Virus record (IMG/VR): IMGVR_UViG_3300043010_000145
Source: a virus
Lineage: Duplodnaviria > Caudoviricetes
Strand: one strand, 5' to 3'
DNA: 64,000 bases
Shown: one piece after another, positions 8,874 through 20,613 of the stretch
How the letters are laid out: every line of letters begins with the position of its first letter
How positions within the stretch are numbered: the first letter of the stretch is position 1
The notes under the pieces: model-generated
The model's database searches: none
Seen by the model: only the letters and a program-made list of their open reading frames with translations
What the model was told of the DNA's origin: nothing
Position numbers and translations under genes: made by a program

Positions 8874-9139
8874 ATGAACCAGCTCATTCTCGACATACTC
8901 CTATTTCGCCCGCAGACAGCTCCTATTATTACATCATTTCAGCAGCAGTTCTGCCAGAGCATCAAGGCAAAGGCATAGCTACGAAATTAATGCACAAACT
9001 TCTAATCAGTCTGCCTAGTTCTTGCAGTACCATTACAGCATCAGCCGTTTCTCACGAGGGTATCTCCTTGCTTGAAGCAAATGGTTTTGTCGCAGTGCAT
9101 TCTGCATCTACTTATACGGTTTATTGCAAGAACATCTAG
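8874..9139 (+). pseudogene. GNAT acetyltransferase fragment (frameshifted or internally deleted)
   Basis: YIISAAVLPEHQGKGIATKLM acetyl-CoA motif and EANGF; the RBS-preceded ATG at 8874 is in another frame. Confidence 0.65.
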
Positions 9140-9266
9140 TCGCACATATTCCCCGTTCCATTTTTTGTCTTGTGCCATTCTATTGCTTGTTCCTAGCCTT
9201 ATTTTTCTATATTTGTACAAGGTAAATTACTTATACTCTTTGAACAACAAGGAGTTGAGTTTAACT

Positions 9267-9893
9267 ATGATAAAATTTGGAAAATACAGAGTTCAGGCAT
9301 ATATTACTCTAACTCAAAAAGAAATCAATGAGATACTCACGGAGCAGAGCAACGGCTTGTATTTTTGGGAATACAATCGAAAACTAGACGATTATTGCGG
9401 GTATAAAAAGGGGAAACCCAGTGAAGAAGCATCACGAGAAGTTCGCCGAATTCTTAGCAGATATTACCATGTACGAATTACAGATATAATTTTTGTAGAT
9501 TTTTTTGAAACTGAAGAAGAGCCACCAGAAGATGAGTATATACCTTATTTTTGCATGCGAGTTGCTACATCAAAGCTTTTACCTGCTACCGTAGAATATG
9601 GTGCTGAGTATATGATAGAAATGCCGAAGCAAGAAGCTTTGAAATTATTGCAGAAAATAAATCCAGATATCGAATATTTAACTCATATCGTTAATAGTTT
9701 GGCATATAAGCTGAGGAATGATGACTATGAGTATTATGACAGTATGGATTTAGTTGCCACTTTATCTGCTTATTTTGGTATAGAGGTGTTCGATATCACT
9801 ACAAATATTACTAGGTATGTCTATATAAATGATAGGTATAAGTCTACTGAGTTCGACACAGTGTATTTTCACCTATTTCACTTCGACAAGTAA
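9267..9893 (+). CDS. Hypothetical protein (two-fold internal repeat; probable paralog of the next gene)
   Basis: AAGGAG RBS before ATG 9267; SEEASREVRRILSRYYHV versus SEEATAAVCQLLTKYFQV. Confidence 0.75.
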   Translation: MIKFGKYRVQAYITLTQKEINEILTEQSNGLYFWEYNRKLDDYCGYKKGKPSEEASREVRRILSRYYHVRITDIIFVDFFETEEEPPEDEYIPYFCMRVATSKLLPATVEYGAEYMIEMPKQEALKLLQKINPDIEYLTHIVNSLAYKLRNDDYEYYDSMDLVATLSAYFGIEVFDITTNITRYVYINDRYKSTEFDTVYFHLFHFDK

Positions 9894-9995
9894 TCATTTC
9901 ATGTATTCTTCTATTCACGGAGGAAGTACTTCGTTTTTTCTCTATTTTCAACCAGAAAACTCATATAATTTCTGAAACAAAAGGAGATGTAGAAA

Positions 9996-10556
9996 ATGTA
10001 TCAAGTATGCAACACAGAAGTAAAAAACTTGCTTGAAATTAAATATGAAGATTTAAAGAAACTTGTTTCAAATTTATCCAAAGGCTCTTTGTCCGTACAA
10101 TATGACCCATGGAGCTGCACAGGAGTAGATAAAGCAACAGGCGAAGCATCCGAGGAAGCAACAGCAGCAGTCTGCCAGCTTTTAACCAAATACTTTCAAG
10201 TACCAGTTGTCGGCTTACATTATTGGGACCCAGCTGGCTGGCGAGAAGCTGTCATCAAATTGGTTTTAGATGTAGATAGACCTCTGCGGTCAATCAAAGG
10301 GTATCCAGTGAAAAACACGATTGTGTTTGATTGGAATAGTTTTGATGCAAATGTGCATAATGCAGACACGAATTACAACGGTATGACAAGAGATACGGAT
10401 TTCAATCTGCTGTACAAAGATGCACACGGTACAGAGCACCCAGCAGAAGAATATTTCCCTAAGTTGTCTAAGATTTTAGGCGTGCATGTTTCCCATGTGT
10501 ATATGGACGCTGACGATGATTATTGCACAACATTGTATGTTGAGTATACAATTTAG
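9996..10556 (+). CDS. Hypothetical protein
   Basis: AAAGGAG RBS, 186 aa, terminator at 10565-10590. Confidence 0.8.
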   Translation: MYQVCNTEVKNLLEIKYEDLKKLVSNLSKGSLSVQYDPWSCTGVDKATGEASEEATAAVCQLLTKYFQVPVVGLHYWDPAGWREAVIKLVLDVDRPLRSIKGYPVKNTIVFDWNSFDANVHNADTNYNGMTRDTDFNLLYKDAHGTEHPAEEYFPKLSKILGVHVSHVYMDADDDYCTTLYVEYTI

Positions 10557-10880
10557 GTAAAGCAAAAGCACTCAATCGAGTGCTTTTTCTTTTGCCAGTT
10601 TCTATTTGCAGCAATCTTTGGAGAATACATATTGGAAGTTTCTATTAAGATACGGGCAGCACTAGTTGTTTATTGTACAAAACACAATTTATGATTAAAA
10701 AATTTGCACATTATTTTTTTACTTCATAGATTAAAATAAGGTTAAAATGATAAAAATAAGTGAAGTATGCTTTGACATATATTTGATTTTTATATTTATA
10801 AGCATGCACACTTGTATGCAGCATTTAAAAGGTAATACTGCAATACTACGATTAGTTTTATGGTTAAAGGAGATGATATT

Positions 10881-10913
10881 ATGTTTCTTAATATTCATTT
10901 AGCCTACCCTTAA
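10881..10913 (+). promoter_or_regulatory. Putative leader peptide MFLNIHLAYP
   Basis: AAAGGAG RBS, 10 codons, followed by a hairpin next to the RBS of the TTG-start adhesin. Confidence 0.4.
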
Positions 10914-10956
10914 TCTTTATTATTGGGGATTAAAAGAAAAAAGGGGTGAAATAAAT

Positions 10957-13900
10957 TTGGATAAATTAAAACGAACAGTATTGTTCTTATTTCTTGGAAT
11001 TCTAGTATTAGCAGATACTAGTATGTCTATTTTCGCAGCGGGAAGTAGAGCGGCTGACGTAATTTGGGGCGATATACGAACATATTCACAAGAGGACATG
11101 CCTTATTTAAGTGATGCAATCACAGCGGGAAATATAAGTTATTCAACGGCTTATCAAAGAGGTCGTTCCTCCTCAGATACAGTTAAGACAAGTGTATATC
11201 AGAGCCAGAGGTTTAGTTCTGAGTATTCCAGTGGTTATTTTGCACCACAAGCAGGTCGTGAAATGGCGGGATTATCTAGTACGGCTGCAAGTACGGGTAA
11301 AGTTAGTTTAGGTTATTCATGGACATATAATGGTGAAGCATCCTATTGGTATAGCAACACGGTATGTTGGAATTTCACAAATACAGCTTATAACTCAAAT
11401 ATATTTGTTTATTATAAGCAAGGGGCTTTTTATAAGGGTGAGTATTATGATGTTAAGGTGTATTATTGGATGGAAAAGACATCTGGTCTTGATACTTCTT
11501 ATAAAGTGTATTCTAGCGGCTCTGTACAGGTTGTAGTAGATGCTAATGGGGATACTGCAAGACAAGCCTGTAGTCAGGTACATATGAAGATGTATTTCTT
11601 TAAGTCAGATGATACAAATGTAACATTCACGGATAGTACAGACAAAAGTAATAATGGTGAGGGTTATAAATTAGCAACTTATTCTACTGTGCCTGCTAAT
11701 TCTAAGGCTGCTGAGTTCAAAGGTGTTCTTTGTATAACAGATATGGACGCTGGCGAGGGTATGTACTTTAAGAGTGGTGTAGCGAGTGCTGCAAATGTTT
11801 ATTTGTCATCCAATACATTTATACGTAGGGTGCATTCTGACTCAGATATGCATGGTGCTTTTAATGAATATTATAATACAGGTTATACTAGTGAATTAGA
11901 CACAGGTAGTTTGTATGGTGTTGTTGCATCGGAGAATGCTAGCTCAAATCTGTCTACATTACTTAAAGAATATATTGCAGACGGGATGAATGCATCTACT
12001 AAGAAATTCCCATTAGGAACAAGTACAGTTGCTTCAACCTTACAATCTGGTTATGATACTGGTTTAATGTATGTGAGTGCATTTAGTAATGTGAGCCCGG
12101 ATTCTTCGAATAGCTTGTTAGGTAATGAGCCTGAATATATGTCTATGTGGGCAGAGTTTTTTTCATCATATTCTACACCAACGGAATTGGTTTATTTTAC
12201 GCCAAGTTCTCGTGGTGCAGACATTGGTTACCGAGGTGTGAATATTAACTATCAGAGTGTAGTTGTAGATAATGACTGTCTCCAAACTACTGCTAAAAAA
12301 TCTAAGGAGCTGGCAGCAGACCATGCAACTGCTTACGGTTCTTATCCTGTAACAAACGCTAGTTCTGCGTATGCTCAGGCACAGAGTGTTTATGGTTCCA
12401 ATTATACTGTTGAGGGTATTTATGCAGATTCAACATTAAAAACAAAGTATACTAGTGAGGATATTATAAAATTAACAGATGAAGATATTACATTATATGT
12501 AAAGATAATACCTACATATACTGTTACTGCGAAATCTTCTACTGGGGGCGTTACAGTTACACCGTCTAGTACTACATTGGCAGAGGGTGATTCTTGTAAA
12601 ATATCTTGGACTGCCCAAACTGGGTATGTAATTGCGGATATTACTGTTACAGCTCAACAAACAACAGCTGCCTATGGCCTAGTTAGTTTAGGTGGCGAAT
12701 CACATGGTGTAACTAGTACGTATACAATGCCATCCAGTAATACTGTTACAGGTGGTTATGTTACTATTACAGAAAAAGACCAAGCCGCCACAGGAAGTAC
12801 ACATAACACACATCGAAATTATGTTGTGAATGTAAGAGCAGTGCCTATAACCACGGATACTGTGGAAAGTTCTTATCAGTATGAAGTGCCTGTAACCTTT
12901 AATCTGACAAAAACAGATTCAGGAGATTCTACGGTATTACTGCAAGGAGCTACATATAGTTTAAGTCCATATAAGGCATTATCAGGTTCAACTTCTTATA
13001 GTGCTGTAACGTCTGCAAATAGTACGGCTACAACAAGCAGCACGGGAAAAATATCGAAAAAGTTTACAGTTGCCTCAGGTACATCTAGTACGTATTCTAC
13101 TTCTATAAAGTATATTCAGTCATCTGATATACTATCTTCATATAGTTCAACGGCTCAGAAGAATTTATTTGAAACAGCTTATAAGAGTACTTATACAGAA
13201 TCAACAGTACGAGCGAATGCTGAATCAACAAATGTAACAAGTTTCACAAATTGGCTTACGTCCAGTAAATTGGTTGGCAGCAAGATACAAGTAAAATACA
13301 CAGAAACAACTGCACCGACAGGTTATCAGTTATCTTCTACTACGAAAACTAGTTCTTCTGCTACGGTGGGTAGTTTTTCAGCAGGCACAGATGGTGTTTA
13401 TAGACCAACAACTGCATTGACAATAACAGCAACAGATACAAATACACCGTATAGCGGTACAAGACAAGAAGCGAATTATTCTTGTAATTATCTTGTTTAT
13501 GTTCCTATAACCGTAACCTTAACTAAGAAAGATGCAGGTACAAGTGATTTATTATCTGGTGCTAAATTCAGTATGTCTAGTGCCATTACGACCAATTCCT
13601 CCGGTGTAACATTAAGTTTAACAAACAATACTGCAACGGCTACAACCAATACAAATGGAACATTAACGTTTACCTTCCAAGTAAAAGGTTCTTTCACAAA
13701 GAATCTCACATATTATTATTACGATATGGATTCCTTGACAGGTTCAGCTAAAACTGCAGCACAAGCAGACGTGAATGCAAATTCCAATGTGTATGCAACT
13801 AAAGATGAAGCAACAAAAGCAGTTCAAGCAGCAGTTCTAGCAGAAGCAAATGCTACTGCAACCAAGCTGAGTAATGTAGTTATAACTGTTTCAGCTAAAG

Positions 13901-16900
13901 AAACTACTGCACCTACGGGGTATGATTTACCTAGTTCTGCTACAACTACTAAAACTGTAACATTAGGAACATTGCCTTACGATTCTTCCACTACGAGTTA
14001 TGGAACTACTGTAACTTCCTCTATGACTGTTACAGATACGGCTACGGCAGGCACAACAGCTACGGCATCTAAAACACAGACTTATACTTATGAAATTCCT
14101 ACAAGTTTAGTTATTACAAAAACAGATGCTACATCAAATTCTGCTTTATCTGGTGCTGTTTTTTCTGTAACTAGTACTGCAACAGATTCTACAAAGACGT
14201 TAACAAGTGAAACTACAAACACACAATCCGTTACAACAAATAGCAGTGGTAAAGCAACGTATTCTAATACATTGACAGGCTCTTTCACATTGACAACAAA
14301 GAATTATACGTATTATACGAATTATTCTTCGTTAAAGGGTTCTGCATTAAAAGATGCAAATAATGCAATTAATAACACAACAGTTTTCAAAACAAAATCA
14401 GAAGCTGAAGCTGCCGCTGATTCCGAATTAGCAACACTGCTTTCATCTAAGCAAACAGATTTAAAGAATATTGCGGTTACATTCTCTGCTAAGGAAACAA
14501 CTGCACCCAGTGGTTATGCTTTAGATACAACAACACATACATCTTCCAGCATTAAATCATCAGCATTTACAACTTCTGGTACGAAATTAACTGGTTCTAT
14601 ATCTACAACTATGTCCGTAACAGACACTCCATCAGGTGGTTCCTTGTCTGTTTTGACTGCACAAACAAAGCAGTATAACTACACAATTCCAGTGTCTATT
14701 AAATTAACTAAGAAGGATTCTACTACTAATGATGCTCTTGCTAATGCTACATTTACTGTAGTGAGCAAGTTTGGTTCTGAATCTTACGGTAATTCTGTCT
14801 CCAAAACGACAGATGAAAACGGTTTATTAACAGCAACTAGAAATATTACAGGTACAATTTCTGTTACAACATCCGCTTATTTGTATTATACAGATTATTC
14901 TAGCCTCGTAAGCTCTGCAAAAACGGAAGCAGATACAAAGATAGCCAATGGTGAAGCTTATAAAACGAAAGAAGATGCACAGGCTGCCGCTGATGCAGAA
15001 TTGCCTAATTTGGTTAAAGCAAAGTTAGCTTCCTCCGTTACGAGTCAAGCGATTCAGGCAAAAGCAACAGAAACAAAAGCACCATCAGGGTATACGTTAG
15101 ATACTACTGCACATGAAAGCAGTAAAGTGTATCCTAGCAATTATACTCTATCTGGAACAACTGCAACGTATTCAACTGTATCCGTGGATATTGGTACAGT
15201 TACAAATGATGCAGCAGGTGCAGCTACGGCACAGGTAGAAGCTACTACAAAAGAATATACCTACAGTATTCCTGTAAGTATTTCTTTAACGAAAACAGAC
15301 GCTGATTCTGGTAATTTGTTGAGTGGTGCAGTTTTTGATATTACAACGAAAGGTGCTTCCGATACAACGTTTACAAGAAAACAGTCTAAAACAACAGATT
15401 CGAATGGTGCAATAACCACAACGGACACTATTACAGGGAAATTCTCAGTTACATCTAAGGCGTATAAGTATTATGTAGATTATGATTCACTTGTAAGCAC
15501 TGTCAAGACAGAGGCAGATAAAAAAATTGCAAGTGGTGAGATGTATAAAGATGAAACGGCAGCCAGAGCTGCCATGCTTGCTTCTTTGCCTAGTCTAGCA
15601 GAAGAATATCTTAAAACAAATATTTCTGCGGTTGCATTACAGGCACAAGCAATAGAAACCACAGCACCAGCAGGGTATGAACTTGATGCTACTGCACATA
15701 CAAGTAAAGAGGTTAAGCCAACAACGTATTCTTTATCTGACACTGTATTTACATATGATACTGTGGCTTTACAAATAGGTACAATTACAAATGAGCCAAA
15801 AGGTGCAGCAACATCTACATTGTCATCTGTAACACAAAATTATTCGTATACAATTCCCCTGCAAATTACTTTGACAAAGAAGGATTCAGATTCTGACAAT
15901 CTGTTACAAGGTGCGGTATTTGATATCACCACAAAGTCTGCCACAGATTCTAGTTTTACAAGAAAACAATCAAAGACAACAGATAATAACGGTGCTATTT
16001 CTACTGCGGATACAGTCAATGGTACCTTTACAATAACGTCTAATACATTTAAGTATTATGATGATTATGATTCTCTTGTAGGTACAGTAAAAGACGAAGC
16101 AGATAAGAAAATAGCGTCTAATCAAGTTTATAAAACAAAAGCAGATGCACAAGCAGCACAAGCTGCTTCATTACCCGTTCTTGCAAAGGAGTATGTTGAA
16201 GCAAATATTTCTGCAAAAGGAATTCAAGCACAGGCAATAGAAACAACAGCACCTGACGGATATACATTAGATACAACTGTACATACAAGTGAGGAAGTTA
16301 AACCTGATAAGTATACATTATCTGGCACAACTTTCACATACAATACTGTAACATTACCTATTGGTACAGTTATAAACACACCAAAAGGAGCTTCTGTTTC
16401 TACCGTAGCTGCCATTGAAAAGCAGTATTCGTATGTAATTCCTTTACAAGTTACTTTGACCAAGAAAGATTCCAGTACATCTTCCTTGTTAAAAGGTGCT
16501 ACATTTGACATTACAACTAAGGGATTGAATGATGTTGACTTTACAAGGAAACAAACAAAAACAACGGATACTAATGGAAGTATTATTGTAACAGACAGTA
16601 TAAATGGTACATTTAAGGTTAAATCCAAGGAATTTAAATACTATGATGATTATAATGCACTTGTAAGTACAGTTAAAGAAAATGCAGATAAGAAAATTGC
16701 TGCGGGAGAGATGTATAAAACAAAAGCAGATGCAGAGGCTGCCCAAGCCGCTTCGATTCCAGTATTAGCTACGGAATATCTCGCAAATAATATTTCCACG
16801 GAATCTATTCAGGCTCAGGCAATAGAAACAGCAGCACCTGACGGGTATACATTAGACACAACTGCACACCTTAGTAAAGAAGTTACACCAAGCAAATATT

Positions 16901-19860
16901 CTTTAACAGATTCTGTATTTACGTATGAAACTGTAAATTTAGATATTGGAGATATTACAAACACACCTAAAGGTGCAACAATTTCTACAATAGAACCAGT
17001 TACAACCACGTATACTTACACTATACCTATGTCTGTAACCTTAACAAAGAAAGATTCTACTGCGGATATTATGTTGGCGGATGCAAATTATACTTTGTCT
17101 ACAAAAACTTTGAAAGATTCAGACTTTGTTCGTAGTCAGAATGCTACCACAGATAAGAATGGCTCTTTAAATGTATTGGATTCTGTAAGTGGTACGTTTG
17201 ATGTAAAAACTTCTTCTTATAAGTATTATGATGACTATGACGCACTGGTAAGCACTGTAAAAGAAGAAGCAGATAAGAAAATTGCAGCCAACGAAGTATA
17301 TAAAACAAAAGCAGATGCACAGGCTGCACAAGCAGCTTCTATTCCAGTATTAGCTAAGAATTATGTAGAAAATAATATTTCAACGGAAGTCATACAGGCA
17401 AAAGCAGTGGAAACTAAGGCACCTAGTGGGTATGTATTGGACACAACAGAACATGTTAGTAAAGAAGTAAAACCAACAAAATATACTTTGACAGATACTA
17501 CTTTTATGTATGATACTGTGAATTTAAGCATAGGAACTTTAACGAATACACCTAAGTCTGCTGATGTAGAAACATTGAATGAAGTTACAACAAAGTATAC
17601 TTATACTATACCAATGTCTGTAACGTTAACAAAGAAAGATGCTACCGCTGATATTCTGCTGGCAGATGCTAGTTACACCTTGGCTACAAAGACTTTGCTA
17701 GATGCAGATTTTTCAAGAGCACAAGTGTCTGCTACAAATGAAGATGGAGTTTTAACTGTGAACGATAGTGTCAGTGGGGAATTTAGTGTAACAACATCTT
17801 CTTATAGCTATTATACAGACTATGATTCTTTGGTTAGTACAGTGAAGGAAGACGCAGATAGTAAAATTGCGGCTAAGGAAGTATATAAGACAAAAGAAGA
17901 TGCACAGGTTGCATTAAATGCGTCTATACCAGTTCTTGCTAAACTTTATCTTGAAAAGAATATTTCATCACAAGATATTCAAGCTAGTGCTACGGAAATT
18001 AAAGCACCTGATGGGTATGTAGTAGATTCAGAAGTGCATATTAGTGATGCAGTTAAACCAACAAATTCAACTTTGACAAATACAGAATTCACGTATGATA
18101 AAGTTTCCTTGAATATTGGTACTTTAACAAATACGCCTAAGCCCGCAGTAGTTGATGAGTTAGATGCTCAAACAAAAGAATATTCCTATAATTTACCAGT
18201 AGATATACAGTTAGTGAATCAAGATGTAGATACTGAGGAGCCCTTGATTGGTTCAGATTTTACTATTACATCTGCCACTTCTCAGAAAGATAGTTCTTTT
18301 GCGGAAACTTATAATGAAACAACAAATGAAGTCGGCAAAATTAACTTATCTCGGGAAATCACGAATAAATTCACTGTAACGTCTAGTTCTTACAAATATT
18401 ACGATGATTACGATGCACTTGTAAGTACTGTAAAAGCAGAAGCAGATGAAAAGATTGCAAATAATGAAATTTATCAGTCTAAGGAAACTGCACAAGCAGC
18501 TCTTGAAGAAGAACAAGAAAAGCTTGCCAATCAGTATATGACGAATAATATTTCAACTACAACACTACAATCTACTGCAAAACAAACGAAAGCTGCTACA
18601 CCTTATGTTCTTAATACAGAGACCTATGAGTTGAATGATGTTCCAATGACGAACTATGCTTTTGACGAAGATACAAATACCTTCAATTATGAAACAGTAA
18701 TTATGGATTATAAAGTTGTAAATAATTTGAAGTATCTTGTGGAATTAGTGAATATAGAGAATGAAGTATTAGAAGGTGCAGAATTCCAGATTCAAGATGT
18801 AAATGGTACTGTAATTGACGAATGGGTATCCTCCGAAGAGCCACATGCTATACCGGAACTCGTAGATAATCAAACATATACAATTGTAGAGGTGAAAGCA
18901 CCACAAGGCTATGTTTTAGCAAATTCAACTACATTTGAAACGATTGATGAACATAATACAAAGATAACCATTGTAAACGGTAAGTATAGTGTATCTCTTG
19001 TAGATTCCCAAGAAGAAACTATCGAAGGTGCAAAATTCCAGCTTTTAGATGAAGAAGGTAATATCTTAGAAGAATGGGTATCTACCGAAGATGTTTATAT
19101 TCCTGATTCTTTAACTGTTGGTAAAACGTATACTATTGTTGAAACATATACGCCAACTGGATTTAATCAAATGCAGCCTTATACATTCACAGTAGCAAAT
19201 GAAAATGAAGCTATTGTTTTAAAGAATAATTGCACAAGTATCTATAAGAAAACTTCCACGGGCAAAGCCGTGGTAGGTGCTGCATTACAGATACAAGACG
19301 AGGAAGGTAATGTAATTGATAGCTGGCTAAGTGGTCAACAAGTTGTTTCACTTGAGGATTCCGTAGTTAAAGAAGCAAATGAAAAGGGTATTGCATATAT
19401 TGTAAAACCTGATATTTCAGAGAATTCAACTGAAGAAACTATACCGTCTGATGAAGATTTAGCTATTATTATTATGCAGAAGGTTAAGCCAACAACAACC
19501 GAAAATACATATGTTTTGATAACAGAATATTCTGACGGTAATTGGACTTATCAAGAAGTTGATAGTAAAGGTATTGAATTAGGACATAGAGCAAATCTTA
19601 TCTCTGATACCAATTATGAACTTGTGGAAACTAAAGCACCAGATGGTTTTGAACTTGCTTCTAATATGAGTTTTATTGCAAAAGCCGATACAGATTATTC
19701 TGTAACAATGATTGATGAATATAAAGTAGAAGCTGCAATTCATAAGCTAGCTACGGGTATTCATTCTAACATTACATATATTGCAGTTGGTTTCGCAGCC
19801 ATTGTAATTCTTGTCGTTATTTTTGTTTTGCGAAAGAAAAAACATACTGCCACAAACTAG
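10957..19860 (+). CDS. Giant cell-wall-anchored adhesin with SpaA/prealbumin-like repeats (2967 aa)
   Basis: Signal peptide; many roughly 195-aa repeats with LTKKD..LxGA.F and ETxAPxGYxL motifs; C-terminal LATG, hydrophobic segment and RKKK tail. Confidence 0.9.
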   Translation: MDKLKRTVLFLFLGILVLADTSMSIFAAGSRAADVIWGDIRTYSQEDMPYLSDAITAGNISYSTAYQRGRSSSDTVKTSVYQSQRFSSEYSSGYFAPQAGREMAGLSSTAASTGKVSLGYSWTYNGEASYWYSNTVCWNFTNTAYNSNIFVYYKQGAFYKGEYYDVKVYYWMEKTSGLDTSYKVYSSGSVQVVVDANGDTARQACSQVHMKMYFFKSDDTNVTFTDSTDKSNNGEGYKLATYSTVPANSKAAEFKGVLCITDMDAGEGMYFKSGVASAANVYLSSNTFIRRVHSDSDMHGAFNEYYNTGYTSELDTGSLYGVVASENASSNLSTLLKEYIADGMNASTKKFPLGTSTVASTLQSGYDTGLMYVSAFSNVSPDSSNSLLGNEPEYMSMWAEFFSSYSTPTELVYFTPSSRGADIGYRGVNINYQSVVVDNDCLQTTAKKSKELAADHATAYGSYPVTNASSAYAQAQSVYGSNYTVEGIYADSTLKTKYTSEDIIKLTDEDITLYVKIIPTYTVTAKSSTGGVTVTPSSTTLAEGDSCKISWTAQTGYVIADITVTAQQTTAAYGLVSLGGESHGVTSTYTMPSSNTVTGGYVTITEKDQAATGSTHNTHRNYVVNVRAVPITTDTVESSYQYEVPVTFNLTKTDSGDSTVLLQGATYSLSPYKALSGSTSYSAVTSANSTATTSSTGKISKKFTVASGTSSTYSTSIKYIQSSDILSSYSSTAQKNLFETAYKSTYTESTVRANAESTNVTSFTNWLTSSKLVGSKIQVKYTETTAPTGYQLSSTTKTSSSATVGSFSAGTDGVYRPTTALTITATDTNTPYSGTRQEANYSCNYLVYVPITVTLTKKDAGTSDLLSGAKFSMSSAITTNSSGVTLSLTNNTATATTNTNGTLTFTFQVKGSFTKNLTYYYYDMDSLTGSAKTAAQADVNANSNVYATKDEATKAVQAAVLAEANATATKLSNVVITVSAKETTAPTGYDLPSSATTTKTVTLGTLPYDSSTTSYGTTVTSSMTVTDTATAGTTATASKTQTYTYEIPTSLVITKTDATSNSALSGAVFSVTSTATDSTKTLTSETTNTQSVTTNSSGKATYSNTLTGSFTLTTKNYTYYTNYSSLKGSALKDANNAINNTTVFKTKSEAEAAADSELATLLSSKQTDLKNIAVTFSAKETTAPSGYALDTTTHTSSSIKSSAFTTSGTKLTGSISTTMSVTDTPSGGSLSVLTAQTKQYNYTIPVSIKLTKKDSTTNDALANATFTVVSKFGSESYGNSVSKTTDENGLLTATRNITGTISVTTSAYLYYTDYSSLVSSAKTEADTKIANGEAYKTKEDAQAAADAELPNLVKAKLASSVTSQAIQAKATETKAPSGYTLDTTAHESSKVYPSNYTLSGTTATYSTVSVDIGTVTNDAAGAATAQVEATTKEYTYSIPVSISLTKTDADSGNLLSGAVFDITTKGASDTTFTRKQSKTTDSNGAITTTDTITGKFSVTSKAYKYYVDYDSLVSTVKTEADKKIASGEMYKDETAARAAMLASLPSLAEEYLKTNISAVALQAQAIETTAPAGYELDATAHTSKEVKPTTYSLSDTVFTYDTVALQIGTITNEPKGAATSTLSSVTQNYSYTIPLQITLTKKDSDSDNLLQGAVFDITTKSATDSSFTRKQSKTTDNNGAISTADTVNGTFTITSNTFKYYDDYDSLVGTVKDEADKKIASNQVYKTKADAQAAQAASLPVLAKEYVEANISAKGIQAQAIETTAPDGYTLDTTVHTSEEVKPDKYTLSGTTFTYNTVTLPIGTVINTPKGASVSTVAAIEKQYSYVIPLQVTLTKKDSSTSSLLKGATFDITTKGLNDVDFTRKQTKTTDTNGSIIVTDSINGTFKVKSKEFKYYDDYNALVSTVKENADKKIAAGEMYKTKADAEAAQAASIPVLATEYLANNISTESIQAQAIETAAPDGYTLDTTAHLSKEVTPSKYSLTDSVFTYETVNLDIGDITNTPKGATISTIEPVTTTYTYTIPMSVTLTKKDSTADIMLADANYTLSTKTLKDSDFVRSQNATTDKNGSLNVLDSVSGTFDVKTSSYKYYDDYDALVSTVKEEADKKIAANEVYKTKADAQAAQAASIPVLAKNYVENNISTEVIQAKAVETKAPSGYVLDTTEHVSKEVKPTKYTLTDTTFMYDTVNLSIGTLTNTPKSADVETLNEVTTKYTYTIPMSVTLTKKDATADILLADASYTLATKTLLDADFSRAQVSATNEDGVLTVNDSVSGEFSVTTSSYSYYTDYDSLVSTVKEDADSKIAAKEVYKTKEDAQVALNASIPVLAKLYLEKNISSQDIQASATEIKAPDGYVVDSEVHISDAVKPTNSTLTNTEFTYDKVSLNIGTLTNTPKPAVVDELDAQTKEYSYNLPVDIQLVNQDVDTEEPLIGSDFTITSATSQKDSSFAETYNETTNEVGKINLSREITNKFTVTSSSYKYYDDYDALVSTVKAEADEKIANNEIYQSKETAQAALEEEQEKLANQYMTNNISTTTLQSTAKQTKAATPYVLNTETYELNDVPMTNYAFDEDTNTFNYETVIMDYKVVNNLKYLVELVNIENEVLEGAEFQIQDVNGTVIDEWVSSEEPHAIPELVDNQTYTIVEVKAPQGYVLANSTTFETIDEHNTKITIVNGKYSVSLVDSQEETIEGAKFQLLDEEGNILEEWVSTEDVYIPDSLTVGKTYTIVETYTPTGFNQMQPYTFTVANENEAIVLKNNCTSIYKKTSTGKAVVGAALQIQDEEGNVIDSWLSGQQVVSLEDSVVKEANEKGIAYIVKPDISENSTEETIPSDEDLAIIIMQKVKPTTTENTYVLITEYSDGNWTYQEVDSKGIELGHRANLISDTNYELVETKAPDGFELASNMSFIAKADTDYSVTMIDEYKVEAAIHKLATGIHSNITYIAVGFAAIVILVVIFVLRKKKHTATN

Positions 19861-20053
19861 CAACTATCTCTAAATTAAAAGGAAAGGCAACCTCTCCTCC
19901 CACTCCGTGAGAGGAAGACCGCCTTTCCTTTTCTTGTGTTGACATTTCTTTTTTGCAGCAAAATAGGTTCTTTCGCATTTTATTTCTAATATTTTTACTC
20001 TGCTCTTATCAAACAAACAAAACCAATATAAATATCGAGAGGAAGGTTTTTAT

Positions 20054-20599
20054 ATGTACAAGAGATTGTTTATATTAACATTAGCCGTTATATTAGCAGG
20101 CTGCGGTTCAAAAACCCAAACATTTTATGAGGAAGGCGAAGAGAACAAAGCTATTTCTGGTGATTATACAGAGCAAGCAACAACAGTTGTTTCCGAGGGC
20201 TTACCTGGTACAAATGCAGCGAATACTATGAAATTGTTAAGTACTGTATTAACAGGTATTACTTTGTATGATGCAGAAGCGGTTCCAGACACTAACAGGG
20301 TATCTTATCACATGTATTATGGGGAAAAGACAGACGGTACACATGTTATCGTTCAGGCAGATAAAGATACAGGTGAAATTGCTTATCTAAATGTCTATCT
20401 TGATGCAGGTGATATTTCCAAGCAAGATACTGTTGTTAAGATTATTTCCAGTATAGGGTATGAGGACGTATCCTATGACGATTACTATGCTTTCTTTAGT
20501 AAGGAATACAACGATACACAAGTGTTTGGTTCTAGTATTGCAAGTTATTCGTATAATATGACAGCTTTTGAATATACAATCAAATCTTGTGGTATTTAA
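20054..20599 (+). CDS. Lipoprotein of unknown function
   Basis: Lipobox LAGC after a hydrophobic signal. Confidence 0.85.
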   Translation: MYKRLFILTLAVILAGCGSKTQTFYEEGEENKAISGDYTEQATTVVSEGLPGTNAANTMKLLSTVLTGITLYDAEAVPDTNRVSYHMYYGEKTDGTHVIVQADKDTGEIAYLNVYLDAGDISKQDTVVKIISSIGYEDVSYDDYYAFFSKEYNDTQVFGSSIASYSYNMTAFEYTIKSCGI

Positions 20600-20613
20600 A
20601 ATAAAGAAAGGAA